Positions 47,602-58,679 of a DNA stretch of 64,000 nucleotides are shown piece after piece. Positions within the stretch are counted from its first letter, which is position 1. Every line of letters starts with the position of its first letter. A model generated the notes under the pieces. That model was not told where the DNA came from. It saw nothing but the letters and a program-made list of their open reading frames with translations, and did no database searches. This stretch comes from a virus: positions 1-64,000 of the IMG/VR virus record IMGVR_UViG_3300044615_000294; one strand, given 5' to 3'. A program made the translations under genes and the position numbers.

Positions 47602-48168
47602 ATGGTAATTAATGCACTGTATAGTAAATACTTTCAAAAGTCCAAGATATTCTTATATCCGCTCTTGGGCATTAAAAGGGGGACAAGTGTAACTCCAGAT
47701 GAGACTTATCTCAGTTGGAATGAAAAATATTCTCCCGAGGATATGAAGTTGGTGTGTGTTTATAAAACAAGAACAGATTCAGAGTATATAAACTTTGAAG
47801 CTAATGTTTTACTTAAGCACAACAGATTATATGATTATGTGAAAGTTAATGAGTCAAGCAGTGTATTTATATTTGATTTTTCAGATCTTAAAAATGATTG
47901 GGATTATTTCTCTAGCGGAAAATATAGTAAGCTAGACAATAAGATCAAAAACAAAATCTTAGATTTCTTTGAGAAGAACAGCGGTAATTATGTTTATGTC
48001 CACAGCTTTTTGTATCCAAATAAATGGTATCAAAGATATGCTGAGTTATTAAATGTAAGTAAAGATCTGCTAGAAGAAGTTGGTGAGTTGTGTGATATAC
48101 CAGATTTAGATAAAGAAAATTTACTAATTATGGTTGCAGATTTGGAAAATATAAGAATTCTAGAGTAA
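47602..48168 (+). CDS. Hypothetical protein
   Basis: ORF track. Confidence 0.65.
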   Translation: MVINALYSKYFQKSKIFLYPLLGIKRGTSVTPDETYLSWNEKYSPEDMKLVCVYKTRTDSEYINFEANVLLKHNRLYDYVKVNESSSVFIFDFSDLKNDWDYFSSGKYSKLDNKIKNKILDFFEKNSGNYVYVHSFLYPNKWYQRYAELLNVSKDLLEEVGELCDIPDLDKENLLIMVADLENIRILE

Positions 48169-48195
48169 ATTTGTAATAATTAAAAAACCAAAAAA

Positions 48196-48558
48196 ATGAG
48201 TGAAAAATCAATGATGCTAGTTCAATCAAGCTGGCAAGAAAACCAAACCTTTAGACTTATCCCTATCACGGATAATTGTCCTTATGTAGAATGTATCTTT
48301 GATCCAGGTACAAAAGTATTTGTTATTATCTCTAAAACTACAAAGCAGAGTTTACACATGCTTCCTAAGTTAGATGATTACGGACAAGTAATTACTGGTT
48401 CAAAAGGAACTAAACAAGACAGACATAAGATTGAAGTATTTCAGGAGTTCTATATTGAGAATGCTGAAGCTATCACAGAGATAGTAGAGCATTTTGCAAT
48501 TAACGCCAAGAAATTTAACTACAAGTCTTTCATGGCTGAAGAAACAAAATCTAAGTAA
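48196..48558 (+). CDS. Hypothetical protein
   Basis: TAAATTTG element upstream, terminator downstream. Confidence 0.65.
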   Translation: MSEKSMMLVQSSWQENQTFRLIPITDNCPYVECIFDPGTKVFVIISKTTKQSLHMLPKLDDYGQVITGSKGTKQDRHKIEVFQEFYIENAEAITEIVEHFAINAKKFNYKSFMAEETKSK

Positions 48559-48569
48559 TTTAGGTCACG

Positions 48570-48599
48570 ATGGGGTGGCTTAGGTTGCCCCATTTTTTT
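48570..48599 (+). terminator. Intrinsic terminator
   Basis: ATGGGGTGGC-TTAG-GTTGCCCCAT followed by a T-run. Confidence 0.75.
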
Positions 48600-48630
48600 A
48601 TACACGGGGAAACAGCTTAACTGAATTATT

Positions 48631-50529
48631 ATGAGGCAACACTATGTAATGGACTATGAAACTTTATGCTCTTGTTTCATAGCAGTCTTTGAAGGAGTAA
48701 AATCTGAAGAGCCAATAATCTTTACTATTCACGAAAGCAAAAATGAGATTCTAGAACTGGTAACTTTTCTAGAAAGGAACATTGCATATGATGAATGGCA
48801 TGTAAGTTTTAATGGTATTGGATTTGATAGCCAAATAACTGAACACATCTTAAGAAATAAAGAGCAGCTTCTTGAGCAATCTGGTGATACTATTGCTAGA
48901 TTCATCTATAGAAAAGCACAAGATGTAATTAATAGAAGTAACAATGGTGAGTTCCAGGAGTATTCTCCCAGGGACCTAAGCATCAGACAACTTGATGTAT
49001 TTAAACTAAACCATTGGGACAACAATGCAAAAAGATCTAGCTTAAAGTGGATACAGTATACTATGGACTGGCACAACATTATTGATATGCCCATTCATCA
49101 TACTACTGAAGTTACTACAGAACAAATACCTGAGATAATCAGATACTGTATTAATGATGTTAAGTCTACTAAGCAGATCATGTTTCTGTGTAAAGATCAA
49201 ATAGATCTGCGGAGACAACTAACAGATGAGTATGGAATAGATCTATACTCAGCATCTGAACCAAGAATATCTAAAGAGTTGTTTTTATTGTTCCTTAGTA
49301 AGCAAACTGGAATCAAGAAATATGAGCTCAGACAGATGAGAACTAATAGGTTAAAGATCACAGTCCGTGATATTATACTACCTTATATAGAATTTAAGAC
49401 AGCTACTTTTCAAAATCTTTTGAAGAAGTTTCAGGATGTGGTTATATATCCAGGTGAAACTAAAGGTGGTTTTAAATATTCTGTAAGGTATAAAGGTGTA
49501 CAGACAGACTTTGGTCTTGGTGGTGTTCATGGTGCACGCTCTACTAAAGTATATGAGGCTAATCAGGAGATGATAATAATGACGTCTGACGTTACTAGTT
49601 TCTATCCCAATCTAGCTATTAGAAATAAGTGGGCTCCTGCACATTTACCTAAAGAAGAATTTTGTAATCTGTATGAATGGTTCTTTGAGGAAAGGAAAAA
49701 GATTCCTAAGAAAGACCCGAAGAATTATGTGTACAAGATTATCTTGAACTCTACCTATGGTTTATCTAATGATGAGAACAGTTTCTTGTATGACCCAGAG
49801 TTTACTATGAGAATCACTATTAATGGTCAGCTTAGTCTTACTATGTTGTATGAGATGATCTGTGAAGAGATTCCTAATGCACTTCCACTTATGCAAAACA
49901 CAGATGGTTTGGAGACAATGATCCCTAAACATTATGAAGATAAGTATATGGAAATCTGCAGAAGGTGGGAGAAGCTAACCAATCTACAGCTGGAGCATGA
50001 TAAGTATTCTAAGATTATCCTAGGTGATGTGAATAATTACATTGCTATTACAGAAGATGCTAAATCTAAATGTAAGGGTAGGTTTGAGTTTGCTAATCTT
50101 GCTATGCATAAGAACAAGAGTTTTCTTGTTATTCCTAAAGCAATACATGCTTATTTTGTAGATGGTATCAAGCCTGAAGACTTTATTAAATCTAACACAA
50201 ATATATTTGACTTCTGTGGTGGTGTAAAAATCAAGGGAGACTGGAATTTTTATGAGCACAAGGTGGTTAGTGGAGAGTATTTAATTGAAAAAGTACAACA
50301 TACTATCAGATATTTTATATCTAACACAGGTAGTAAGGTGATTAAGAAGAACAATACTGACAACAGAGAAATACAAATTGAGGCTGGCAAATGGTTACAG
50401 ACTCTGATGATAGACTATAAGGATAAACCTTTTAGTGAATATGATATTAATTATGATTATTATTTGGACAAGATCAATAAGGAGATCCGTGATCTTGAAC
50501 CTATTGTAACACAACTTAGTTTATTTTAA
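48631..50529 (+). CDS. Family B DNA polymerase with 3'-5' exonuclease
   Basis: DYE, FNGIGFD, YCINDV (exonuclease); DVTSFYPN, KIILNSTYG, NTDG (polymerase); ends QLSLF. Confidence 0.92.
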   Translation: MRQHYVMDYETLCSCFIAVFEGVKSEEPIIFTIHESKNEILELVTFLERNIAYDEWHVSFNGIGFDSQITEHILRNKEQLLEQSGDTIARFIYRKAQDVINRSNNGEFQEYSPRDLSIRQLDVFKLNHWDNNAKRSSLKWIQYTMDWHNIIDMPIHHTTEVTTEQIPEIIRYCINDVKSTKQIMFLCKDQIDLRRQLTDEYGIDLYSASEPRISKELFLLFLSKQTGIKKYELRQMRTNRLKITVRDIILPYIEFKTATFQNLLKKFQDVVIYPGETKGGFKYSVRYKGVQTDFGLGGVHGARSTKVYEANQEMIIMTSDVTSFYPNLAIRNKWAPAHLPKEEFCNLYEWFFEERKKIPKKDPKNYVYKIILNSTYGLSNDENSFLYDPEFTMRITINGQLSLTMLYEMICEEIPNALPLMQNTDGLETMIPKHYEDKYMEICRRWEKLTNLQLEHDKYSKIILGDVNNYIAITEDAKSKCKGRFEFANLAMHKNKSFLVIPKAIHAYFVDGIKPEDFIKSNTNIFDFCGGVKIKGDWNFYEHKVVSGEYLIEKVQHTIRYFISNTGSKVIKKNNTDNREIQIEAGKWLQTLMIDYKDKPFSEYDINYDYYLDKINKEIRDLEPIVTQLSLF

Positions 50530-50531
50530 TT

Positions 50532-51767
50532 ATGCCAAAGAAAATTGCTGAATGTACAAAGGCGCACTTAGTTAGTGTGCCTTTACCAAACCATGGTGCT
50601 ACTTATACTGTAATTAGTCACCAATCTGTAATGGATTATGTATATACTGAGCTTGCTGCTGCAGGCTTTGGAGTTGTTAGTGAAGAGTACAGATGTACTG
50701 CTGATGGACAAATTGCTCATGGGATTTACAAGTTGAATTTCAACAATGACCCTGAGCTATCAATGATGTTTGCATGGACAAACAGTTATAACAAACAAGT
50801 AAGATTTAAGTGTGGTGTGGGTGGTTATATCAACCTAACAGGTACTACTATGGTATGTGGGGATATGGGAAGCTGGGCCAGAAAACATACTGGTACTGCG
50901 GATGAAGAGACAGTTAAAACCATACAAGAGCAAATAGCTAATGCACACATGTATTATAATCAGCTATGTTCTGACAAAGAATCTATGAAAGGTATTACTC
51001 TAAACAAGAGAAAACAAGCTCAGCTACTAGGTATCCTATTTGCGGAGTATCAGATTCTTACTACAGAGCAGGCTAGTATTGTAAGACAACAAATGGATAG
51101 ACCAAGTCATGTTTATGCTGATAGTAATAGCTTATGGGCATTCTATAACTATGTGACTATTGCATTACAGCATTCACATCCTAAGACTTGGATGGAAGAC
51201 CAACGTGTCTTGCATTATTTTATTTCTACCGTAAATAATTTTCAGCAGTGCAGTGCACCTGCACAGGTAGTTCCTGTAGTTGCACCTCAAGAGGAAGAAG
51301 TTATTGAAGCTACAGAAGCTTTTACTGACCCTAATCAGATAACAATCTTTGATGTTATAGCTGAAGAAGAGGCAAAAGAAGCTGAGGCAACTCAAATAAC
51401 TTATACTGACCCTGCTGGTAATACTTTTGAATCAATAGATTTTCACAATGAAGTTGTTAATAACTACACTGAAGATCCAGAAGATGAAGAAGATTTAAAT
51501 GATTGGATGAATCTACCACTAGAATCAGATGATGCAGATAATGCACCTATGTATATTCCAGATGAGAATCAAGAGTATACAGGTGAGAATGCTTCTCATA
51601 TGAGTTTGGAAGTTTCTCCTGAAGAAAGAGATAAAGCAGAACTGGATATTATAAATGCTGAAGAAGCTAAAGAATATCAAGAAGATGCAGTAAGAGCTGC
51701 TAACTTTGATGATTTAATTTTTAACATTAATGATGAAGAAGATGATGATACATCTGACTTCTTCTAA
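50532..51767 (+). CDS. DUF932-like protein with long acidic tail
   Basis: TYTVISH...WTNSYNKQ...RKHTG...SLWAFYNYVT. Confidence 0.6.
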   Translation: MPKKIAECTKAHLVSVPLPNHGATYTVISHQSVMDYVYTELAAAGFGVVSEEYRCTADGQIAHGIYKLNFNNDPELSMMFAWTNSYNKQVRFKCGVGGYINLTGTTMVCGDMGSWARKHTGTADEETVKTIQEQIANAHMYYNQLCSDKESMKGITLNKRKQAQLLGILFAEYQILTTEQASIVRQQMDRPSHVYADSNSLWAFYNYVTIALQHSHPKTWMEDQRVLHYFISTVNNFQQCSAPAQVVPVVAPQEEEVIEATEAFTDPNQITIFDVIAEEEAKEAEATQITYTDPAGNTFESIDFHNEVVNNYTEDPEDEEDLNDWMNLPLESDDADNAPMYIPDENQEYTGENASHMSLEVSPEERDKAELDIINAEEAKEYQEDAVRAANFDDLIFNINDEEDDDTSDFF

Positions 51768-51802
51768 AGATACCTGTATGGGTAAATAAACAACAACGAA
51801 AA

Positions 51803-51842
51803 GATGGGGGAATGGCTTAGGCTGTTCCCCTATTTTTTTTTT
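51803..51842 (+). terminator. Intrinsic terminator
   Basis: GGGGAATGGC-TTAG-GCTGTTCCCC followed by a T-run. Confidence 0.75.
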
Positions 51843-51853
51843 AATTTTACAAC

Positions 51854-52264
51854 ATGAAAGAACAATTAAAAGCAGTGGCAGAGTTCCACAAAGCATTCAA
51901 ACAAAAAGATGGTAAGTGGCCACAACCACTTGAGCAGAGTGAGTATGTATTAAGACATGCTCTAATGAAAGAGGAAAATGATGAATACCTAGAAGCCTGT
52001 GAGAAGAACTCTCTTGTAGAAATAGCAGATGCTCTTGGGGATCAGTTATATATTCTCTGCGGTACTATTCTAAAACATGGTATGCAAGATGTAATAATAG
52101 ATGTATTTAATGAGATACAAGCTAGTAACATGAGTAAATTAGGTGATGATGGTAAGCCTGTGCTTAGAGAAGATGGAAAAATACTTAAGGGTCCTGGTTA
52201 TTTCAGACCAAATCTTAGTAAATTTATAAACCAATCATATGAAAAAAAAGAAAATGAAAATTGA
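51854..52264 (+). CDS. MazG-like nucleotide pyrophosphohydrolase
   Basis: EENDEYLEA...EIADALGDQLYI...SNMSKL...REDGKILKG. Confidence 0.85.
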   Translation: MKEQLKAVAEFHKAFKQKDGKWPQPLEQSEYVLRHALMKEENDEYLEACEKNSLVEIADALGDQLYILCGTILKHGMQDVIIDVFNEIQASNMSKLGDDGKPVLREDGKILKGPGYFRPNLSKFINQSYEKKENEN

Positions 52265-52430
52265 ATTTAATGGTCAGGAGCTATATATCAACTTTGTATC
52301 AGAAGATAGTAGCTATGTTCTTGTAAGCAAAGACAAAGAAGGTACACTTGGTAAGTTTAAACTTGATACAAGTGAACTTGTAGGAGTTGATGTAAGTAAA
52401 CTTAAAAAAGTTAAAAAGGGGAAGAGATAA
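52239..52430 (+). CDS. Small hypothetical protein
   Basis: ORF track. Confidence 0.5.
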   Translation: MKKKKMKIEFNGQELYINFVSEDSSYVLVSKDKEGTLGKFKLDTSELVGVDVSKLKKVKKGKR

Positions 52431-52447
52431 TCTTCCCCTTATTTTTT
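52415..52447. terminator. Bidirectional terminator at the convergent junction
   Basis: AAGGGGAAGA-GATAA-TCTTCCCCTT with A/T runs on both sides. Confidence 0.7.
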
Positions 52448-55400
52448 TACTTTAAATTTTCAAACATTTGGTATTTCTTAATAGCCCAAATAGCACCTTC
52501 ATCAAAGTTTTCTTGACCTTCAATACCAAGATCTATTACATTTTTACCTTTAAGACCATACATTGAACCAAGGTGATTCCAAAGCTTGTATTGTCCTTGT
52601 CTTTGCCACTTATATGGTCCAACATCTTGGCTATATCTTGCTTCTCCCTCATTACCCGCTCCAATATTATAAAGATCTTGACCTATCTTAGTGTACAATA
52701 CAACTGTATTATCTAATGCTATTGTCGTTGTTTTAAAATATTTTGTTCCTTGCTCTGGAAGATAGACAGGTATAAAAGATTCATTTTCCATTTTAGTCAT
52801 TATCAAAAGATAAAGTAAATGATTCTCAAGTTGACCTTGTGTTGTAGTTGCTCTTGCTTTTAATTTTTTCCACTTATCTTCATCATCTGGATCATAACCA
52901 AAATACCATGAACCAATAATCATTGCTAATAAGAAGTATCCAACATTTTCAATAATTACTTTTTTGGCTGCAGCTTTTTCATCTTCAGTCATTATTGCGG
53001 TATCTTTACCTACTGATCTAATGAGTCTTAATGCATTTTGCATAGTATTCATGTAATAACCTTTATCTAAAGTATTAGTGTCCCAGTTATATACATACCC
53101 ACCTAGATTACCTTTATCAGTATCTATTTGGTATTTATCAAGAAACATTCCTGTAGCAAATCTTTTATAAAAAGTAAATGCGCGGTACCCTAAATATTTT
53201 TCAGCTTGTGGTGTATCAAATACATCCATTAAACCTGTTGTCTTTTTCTGTGCAGATTGTAATAAGAATTTCATATTTAAAAATCCTTCCATGTTACCCA
53301 CAGTGATTTTATCTCCAGGCTCAAGTTTTGATATATCAGTTATACCACTTCTTTTTTTAACTTGTTCAGCTGTTATATTATATCTTTTAGCAATGCTTTC
53401 AAAAGTATCTCCTCTCTTATACTCATGCTCTACTTTTTTATAGTCATACATTGGATCAATACCATCTTTTAATTTTAAAATTCCTCTATCATCTGTTTCC
53501 CATGCATCAGCATAAGCTATATCTTCAGAAGAACCAGCTTGTGGAATGTATTTGTTATACATCATGCCCCAGAACATCTCTAGAGCAGCCTCAAGTTCCA
53601 TTGTTCTTCTAAAGTCATAAGCATATGTTAAATCTGCTAAGTCTTTTAGTTTTGATCTTGATGATGATTTACCAAAGTTTTTACCAAACATTGCTGTAGG
53701 ATCCATCCTTTCTACTAACTGTATGTCAGCTGATTTAATTCCTTGCTCATATACATCTTTAAATACCCAGAACATTGCAGATTGTTTGGCTTTTGCATAC
53801 CCCTTTGCTAATGACATTGGTGTAACATTTTTACCACCTGCTGCATATATAGCATTTTGATAAAGCATCCCCCAACGGTTTTTAATAGCTGACTGTGGAT
53901 CAAATGCAATAAATGCTCTTGAAGATCTTCTAAATAATCCTTGAATAATTTTAGTTAACCATGCATTTTCTTCATCAAATGTTCCAGTAGTTTTACCATA
54001 AAAGATTTTTTTAACTTGATGTTTTACTGCACCTAATCTTCTATTATCATCTTTAGATAAGAACTTCCTTTTACGTGTTCTTTGAAATTCTTGTTGATCA
54101 ATATTTGTTAAATCTTTAATACCATTTTGAGAAAGGACACTTTCCAAAGCTTTAGCAATTGGTTCATTTTCCAATAATACTTTTTGTTCTTCTAAGGATA
54201 AAAGATAATCATACATCCCCCGTAATACATCTTTAGAAACACGTTTTTGATCTAAATTGTATAAGCCTCTAATTCTAACTTTATTAACTGGTCTTCCATC
54301 TAAGTCTGTTGGAACCAAATTAAAATTAACATCATGATTAAATCCAAACTCTGCATCATCTACATCTTTACCAAACCATGTTTTCCATAAACCTTTAAAT
54401 CCACCAACTCTATCTATCAAATTTTCTTTAGCTTCTCCAGACGCAACATATTCTAAATTACCTCTTTTTCTAAACCTTGGCATTTCTAAGTACAATCTAC
54501 TTGAAACAGGTTTATTTTTTTGAATTTGAATCATAGATTCAGTTATAGCATTTAATAAATCAAATTCTGGCCCACCAGCATTTTTCATTTCTTCATATTC
54601 TTCATTTTGATATTTTTTATCAAATGCTGAATTTGGATCACCAATATTATACTCTCTAGGTAAATAGTTACCTTTATTATCTACAATAGTACCTACATAA
54701 TTATCCCAACTTTCACCTCTTGGTATTGTTAAAAATTCACTTTTTATTCTACTCTTAGTATATTTACCAGCTGGTCTTCCTATAATTTTTCTTTCTGTCT
54801 TAGTTAAAGGGTCAATGATTTCTGTTACAACATAATGATCAGGATTGTTTGGAATCTTCATTGTCCAGGCTGCAATTCTAAAGTTTTTAATTACATTCCT
54901 ATTTAAGTCCACATCATATACTTCCTTTTGATAATGATTTCTACCATACCATTTTGCAAACTCTGGATTTTCTAAAGCTTTAACTAAATTTTCTCCATTT
55001 ATCCATTTATCTGCATTATCTGTAGTCATTTCAGGAAGTTCCATATCTCTTATAGCATAATTAAATGCTTCAAGATAATAGTCTGTTGGAATTTTACTTT
55101 CAAGTTCTCTTAATTCTGCAAATCTTGATTTAAGTGCTGCTAATTCTGCAGGAGTTAAACCCATCTCATTTTTAATAGAAAGGATTTCTGCATAATCTTT
55201 TCTTTCTTCTGGAGTTAATTGAGTTCCAGCAGCGGCTTTTGCAATATAAGAGTCATATCTAGATGTTTGATCTTTTGTTAATCCAGTTTTTCTATCAAAC
55301 TGTTCTTCCAATCTTACTATTTCATCTTCTATTTTCTTTAAAAGATTAATTTGTTCAGGAGAAAGGTTTAATCCATTAGGTTGCCCGTTAGCATCTGATG

Positions 55401-58400
55401 TAGAGGTAGATAAATTAAATCTAGTTTTATAAAGTTCAGCTAAGTCTAATGCTATTTGAGATTTTTTATCAGCAACCTTTGCAGTTATTTTTCTGATCTC
55501 CTCTAATATTCTTTTTCTTTCAGCATAAAACTTAGATGTATACGCTGTTTTAAAATTAGACCTTAAGAATTTATCAATCTGCTTTTGATATTCATTTTTA
55601 GTTTCCCCTTCTTTAGGTTCAGCTTCCGGGTCTATACCTTTGGCTATCAATCTATTATGAAAATTATCTAGATCTTTTTGTACTCTATCTGAATCTATAT
55701 CATAGTCATACATGTTTCTTGACAGCTCTCTGTGTTTTTTTCTTAGCAAAACTCTTTGAAGTTCTTCACCTTCTTTTGGCTCACCTTGTAAATTGTATAT
55801 ATCAAATAATCTGTTGTACTCTAATCTTGCTTGTTCTTCTGAATCATTAAAGTCATATAAGTCTTCTAAGTCTAAAAAGTTTACATTCTTTAATGTATTC
55901 ATTTTAGATAAAGCATTTTGCCTTTCTACATATGAATCAAAAGCAATTTTAGGAGAAATTGTTATTTCTTGTCCTGTAAAAGGATCTGTTACTACAGCTC
56001 CTGTATTCCAAATTTTTTGAATGTCATAGAATTCTTTTGTATATCTTCTATGCATATACTTTTCTTCAAAGTCTTGAATAGCTTGATAAGCATCTTTCAT
56101 AGCCTGCTTATCATTTTTAGCCCTAGCTTCTTGAAAATTATTTTGAAGTTTAGCTAAATCATATCTATAGTTTTTAAACTTATTCTTAAATGTCCAAACT
56201 TCTTTTTCTTGAAAGTCTCCATTGTTATCCACATAACCAACTTTATCTAAAAACAATAGCATGTCACCAAGCTGATTTGTTTTATATGGTTGATAACCAA
56301 CAGCATTTAATAATGGTAGTAACTTATATGTTATTTCATCTGCCTGATCTTGTGCAGCTTGTTGAGCTTCAAATATTTTAGTCTTTACAAATCTTGTAAA
56401 TGAACCAGCAATTGGATCATCCATGTTTGCATACGGAGTAATAAATGCTGTGTAGAATGATAAATCTCCTCTCTCCCCTCTTAAGTATTCTTCAATTTGT
56501 TTTTTACCTAAGCGTTTAAACATATACTCATTTACTGCTTTAACAACTAGCTTAGCTCTTCTAGGAGTTATATCAGTTAACTTAAGGTCTTTCAATGTAT
56601 AGGTCTCTCTATCTTCAGTGTTAATTACATTTTCTATAAAGTTATTTACATCTTCTTCAGAGTAACCTTCTGCTTTTAAAATTATACCAACTCTTTCTTT
56701 TAAACTTTTTTCAATAGAATCTTGCATTAACTCTGTTTCATCTGCAAAGAAGTCAGAGATAAACTTAAATTCTATTTCCGCTATTTTTTTATTAGCATTT
56801 TCAACTGAGTTTTGTATTGAGTTAAGAGTCTTATAAAACAAAGTTTCCTTATCAAGAGGTAAATCTTTTAACTTATCAAGCAGAACCTGTTGATTTTGTA
56901 AAGATGTTTTATAATAAATAACTCTTGAAATATTTTCATTAGTTTGACTTTCTACTTTTGTCAAGTCATCAAGAATTTTTTCAATGCTTTCAACAAATGT
57001 TTCTATTTCATTTAATGAGTTTGTAAGTGCTAATGCTCTAAGTCTTGTTTCAGATTCTATATCTTCTACAGCTCTAATAACATTTTCTGGATCTATATCT
57101 TCTGCTTTTACATTTACTGTTTGATACTTAGAAAGTTCTTCACGGATGTAATTTAAAATTTTTGTTCCGCCACTTTTAACTAATAGGTCCTTTACTTTAA
57201 ATGGAACTTGCTTCAAACTATTAAGCTGACGCATGTTATTATCATAGATTCTATTAATCTCTTCTTGTAATCTTTCAACTGGAATACCTTTAAGCTCATT
57301 AATCCTTCTAGCTACTTCACTTTCTAGTTTTTTAAACTCAGGATTATTAACATTAAAAATTTCAAAAGATTCAATCTGAAACTCCTCATTAGCAAGCATA
57401 TTGGCTAATTGATCTAAAGTAGTACTTTGACTTAGTTTATTTAAATTAATCTTTGCTGCCACCTTTGGACTAAATGCTTTTCTAATAACTTTCTTAATAG
57501 CAAACATTAGTTTATCTAAGAACTTTTTAAAAGCTGAAGATGGAGCTGTCCCCTTTCTTTCAATAGAGGTAACTAATGCTTCCCTCATAAATGCTTTTGA
57601 TCCCTTTTGAAGTTTGGGATATAGTCTTTCTATATATGCTATAACATCCATACCTTCTGGAGTCATACTTAATTCAGCATATAGATTATTAAATAGCTCA
57701 GGGTTTTCTTGTTCAATACCTTTTATTAAAGGATGTGCAAATTCGTGTAGTACATTATCTACTGATAGATTACCTTCTACAAAATATACTTTATTGCCAA
57801 AGAAGAATGCTGGTTCTCCATCATATTCTGTTGCAGTATTTTTTAATAATATTTCTGCAGCTTCAGGAGTTACTAACTCCCATTCTACATTCATGGCATC
57901 TGATAATTTATCAGCAAGCGTAGTAGCAATTTCTATTGCTCTTTCACTTTCAGCATTATATGTATCTGCAGAAGCTTCTTCAGCTGTCATTCTTGTTACA
58001 ATAGCAGCTTGTCTTCTAAACTCTGCTTCTGTAATGTTTGGATCCACACCTAATGTTTCTTCAGAGTTTCTGCCAAATAAATAATCATCTGTATAATCTA
58101 CACCTGCTCTTTTAGCATCTTCCTCTTGTATCTTTCTAGCCTCCTCTTCATATAATTCTTGTTCAGGAGTTTTCTCTTTAAACTCTGGTTTTATATAAGC
58201 CCCTGTCTTAATTATATTTTCTAAATCTGACACAGGTTTATTTGATTGAGTAGCATCTACAATTCTAGACTGCGCTCTTTCTATTTTACCTTCAATGTCT
58301 AATTTACCTTTAACCTTTCTAAGACCCCAAGTATTTAAATCTGCTTGACCAATTTGTTCTAGATTGTATAACATGTATACTGTCGAAATATTATTGGCTT

Positions 58401-58674
58401 TGTTATAGTTATTTTTTGTAGAGACAGCTTTCATCAAACTAATCTTTTGACTGTAGCTTATCTCTTTAGGGAAACTTTTACCAATTTCTTCTTTAACTTT
58501 AGAAATTGGAACTAAACCTAATGCTTCTTTAACATTTTTATTTTTAATGAAATCATTATAGCTAGGTGTTTCACTATTAAAAAATTCCTGAATAAGATTA
58601 GAGACTTTTGTTTCTCCAAAATCTTTTACCATTTTTTGTACATCAGGATCACCAAAGTTTAAACAGAATGACAT
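52447..58674 (-). CDS. Giant virion (ejected cargo) protein with zincin motif and LysM domain
   Basis: 2075 aa; VLHEFAHP at about 57733-57747; LysM HEYKRGDTFESIAKRYNIT...LEPGDKITV at about 53300-53430. Confidence 0.75.
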   Translation of the reverse strand: MSFCLNFGDPDVQKMVKDFGETKVSNLIQEFFNSETPSYNDFIKNKNVKEALGLVPISKVKEEIGKSFPKEISYSQKISLMKAVSTKNNYNKANNISTVYMLYNLEQIGQADLNTWGLRKVKGKLDIEGKIERAQSRIVDATQSNKPVSDLENIIKTGAYIKPEFKEKTPEQELYEEEARKIQEEDAKRAGVDYTDDYLFGRNSEETLGVDPNITEAEFRRQAAIVTRMTAEEASADTYNAESERAIEIATTLADKLSDAMNVEWELVTPEAAEILLKNTATEYDGEPAFFFGNKVYFVEGNLSVDNVLHEFAHPLIKGIEQENPELFNNLYAELSMTPEGMDVIAYIERLYPKLQKGSKAFMREALVTSIERKGTAPSSAFKKFLDKLMFAIKKVIRKAFSPKVAAKINLNKLSQSTTLDQLANMLANEEFQIESFEIFNVNNPEFKKLESEVARRINELKGIPVERLQEEINRIYDNNMRQLNSLKQVPFKVKDLLVKSGGTKILNYIREELSKYQTVNVKAEDIDPENVIRAVEDIESETRLRALALTNSLNEIETFVESIEKILDDLTKVESQTNENISRVIYYKTSLQNQQVLLDKLKDLPLDKETLFYKTLNSIQNSVENANKKIAEIEFKFISDFFADETELMQDSIEKSLKERVGIILKAEGYSEEDVNNFIENVINTEDRETYTLKDLKLTDITPRRAKLVVKAVNEYMFKRLGKKQIEEYLRGERGDLSFYTAFITPYANMDDPIAGSFTRFVKTKIFEAQQAAQDQADEITYKLLPLLNAVGYQPYKTNQLGDMLLFLDKVGYVDNNGDFQEKEVWTFKNKFKNYRYDLAKLQNNFQEARAKNDKQAMKDAYQAIQDFEEKYMHRRYTKEFYDIQKIWNTGAVVTDPFTGQEITISPKIAFDSYVERQNALSKMNTLKNVNFLDLEDLYDFNDSEEQARLEYNRLFDIYNLQGEPKEGEELQRVLLRKKHRELSRNMYDYDIDSDRVQKDLDNFHNRLIAKGIDPEAEPKEGETKNEYQKQIDKFLRSNFKTAYTSKFYAERKRILEEIRKITAKVADKKSQIALDLAELYKTRFNLSTSTSDANGQPNGLNLSPEQINLLKKIEDEIVRLEEQFDRKTGLTKDQTSRYDSYIAKAAAGTQLTPEERKDYAEILSIKNEMGLTPAELAALKSRFAELRELESKIPTDYYLEAFNYAIRDMELPEMTTDNADKWINGENLVKALENPEFAKWYGRNHYQKEVYDVDLNRNVIKNFRIAAWTMKIPNNPDHYVVTEIIDPLTKTERKIIGRPAGKYTKSRIKSEFLTIPRGESWDNYVGTIVDNKGNYLPREYNIGDPNSAFDKKYQNEEYEEMKNAGGPEFDLLNAITESMIQIQKNKPVSSRLYLEMPRFRKRGNLEYVASGEAKENLIDRVGGFKGLWKTWFGKDVDDAEFGFNHDVNFNLVPTDLDGRPVNKVRIRGLYNLDQKRVSKDVLRGMYDYLLSLEEQKVLLENEPIAKALESVLSQNGIKDLTNIDQQEFQRTRKRKFLSKDDNRRLGAVKHQVKKIFYGKTTGTFDEENAWLTKIIQGLFRRSSRAFIAFDPQSAIKNRWGMLYQNAIYAAGGKNVTPMSLAKGYAKAKQSAMFWVFKDVYEQGIKSADIQLVERMDPTAMFGKNFGKSSSRSKLKDLADLTYAYDFRRTMELEAALEMFWGMMYNKYIPQAGSSEDIAYADAWETDDRGILKLKDGIDPMYDYKKVEHEYKRGDTFESIAKRYNITAEQVKKRSGITDISKLEPGDKITVGNMEGFLNMKFLLQSAQKKTTGLMDVFDTPQAEKYLGYRAFTFYKRFATGMFLDKYQIDTDKGNLGGYVYNWDTNTLDKGYYMNTMQNALRLIRSVGKDTAIMTEDEKAAAKKVIIENVGYFLLAMIIGSWYFGYDPDDEDKWKKLKARATTTQGQLENHLLYLLIMTKMENESFIPVYLPEQGTKYFKTTTIALDNTVVLYTKIGQDLYNIGAGNEGEARYSQDVGPYKWQRQGQYKLWNHLGSMYGLKGKNVIDLGIEGQENFDEGAIWAIKKYQMFENLK

Positions 58675-58679
58675 AATCT

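Noticed and set aside
5225-50529. Introns or inteins in terminase, helicase, primase or polymerase
   Set aside because: ORFs are uninterrupted, of ordinary length, and show no intein motifs
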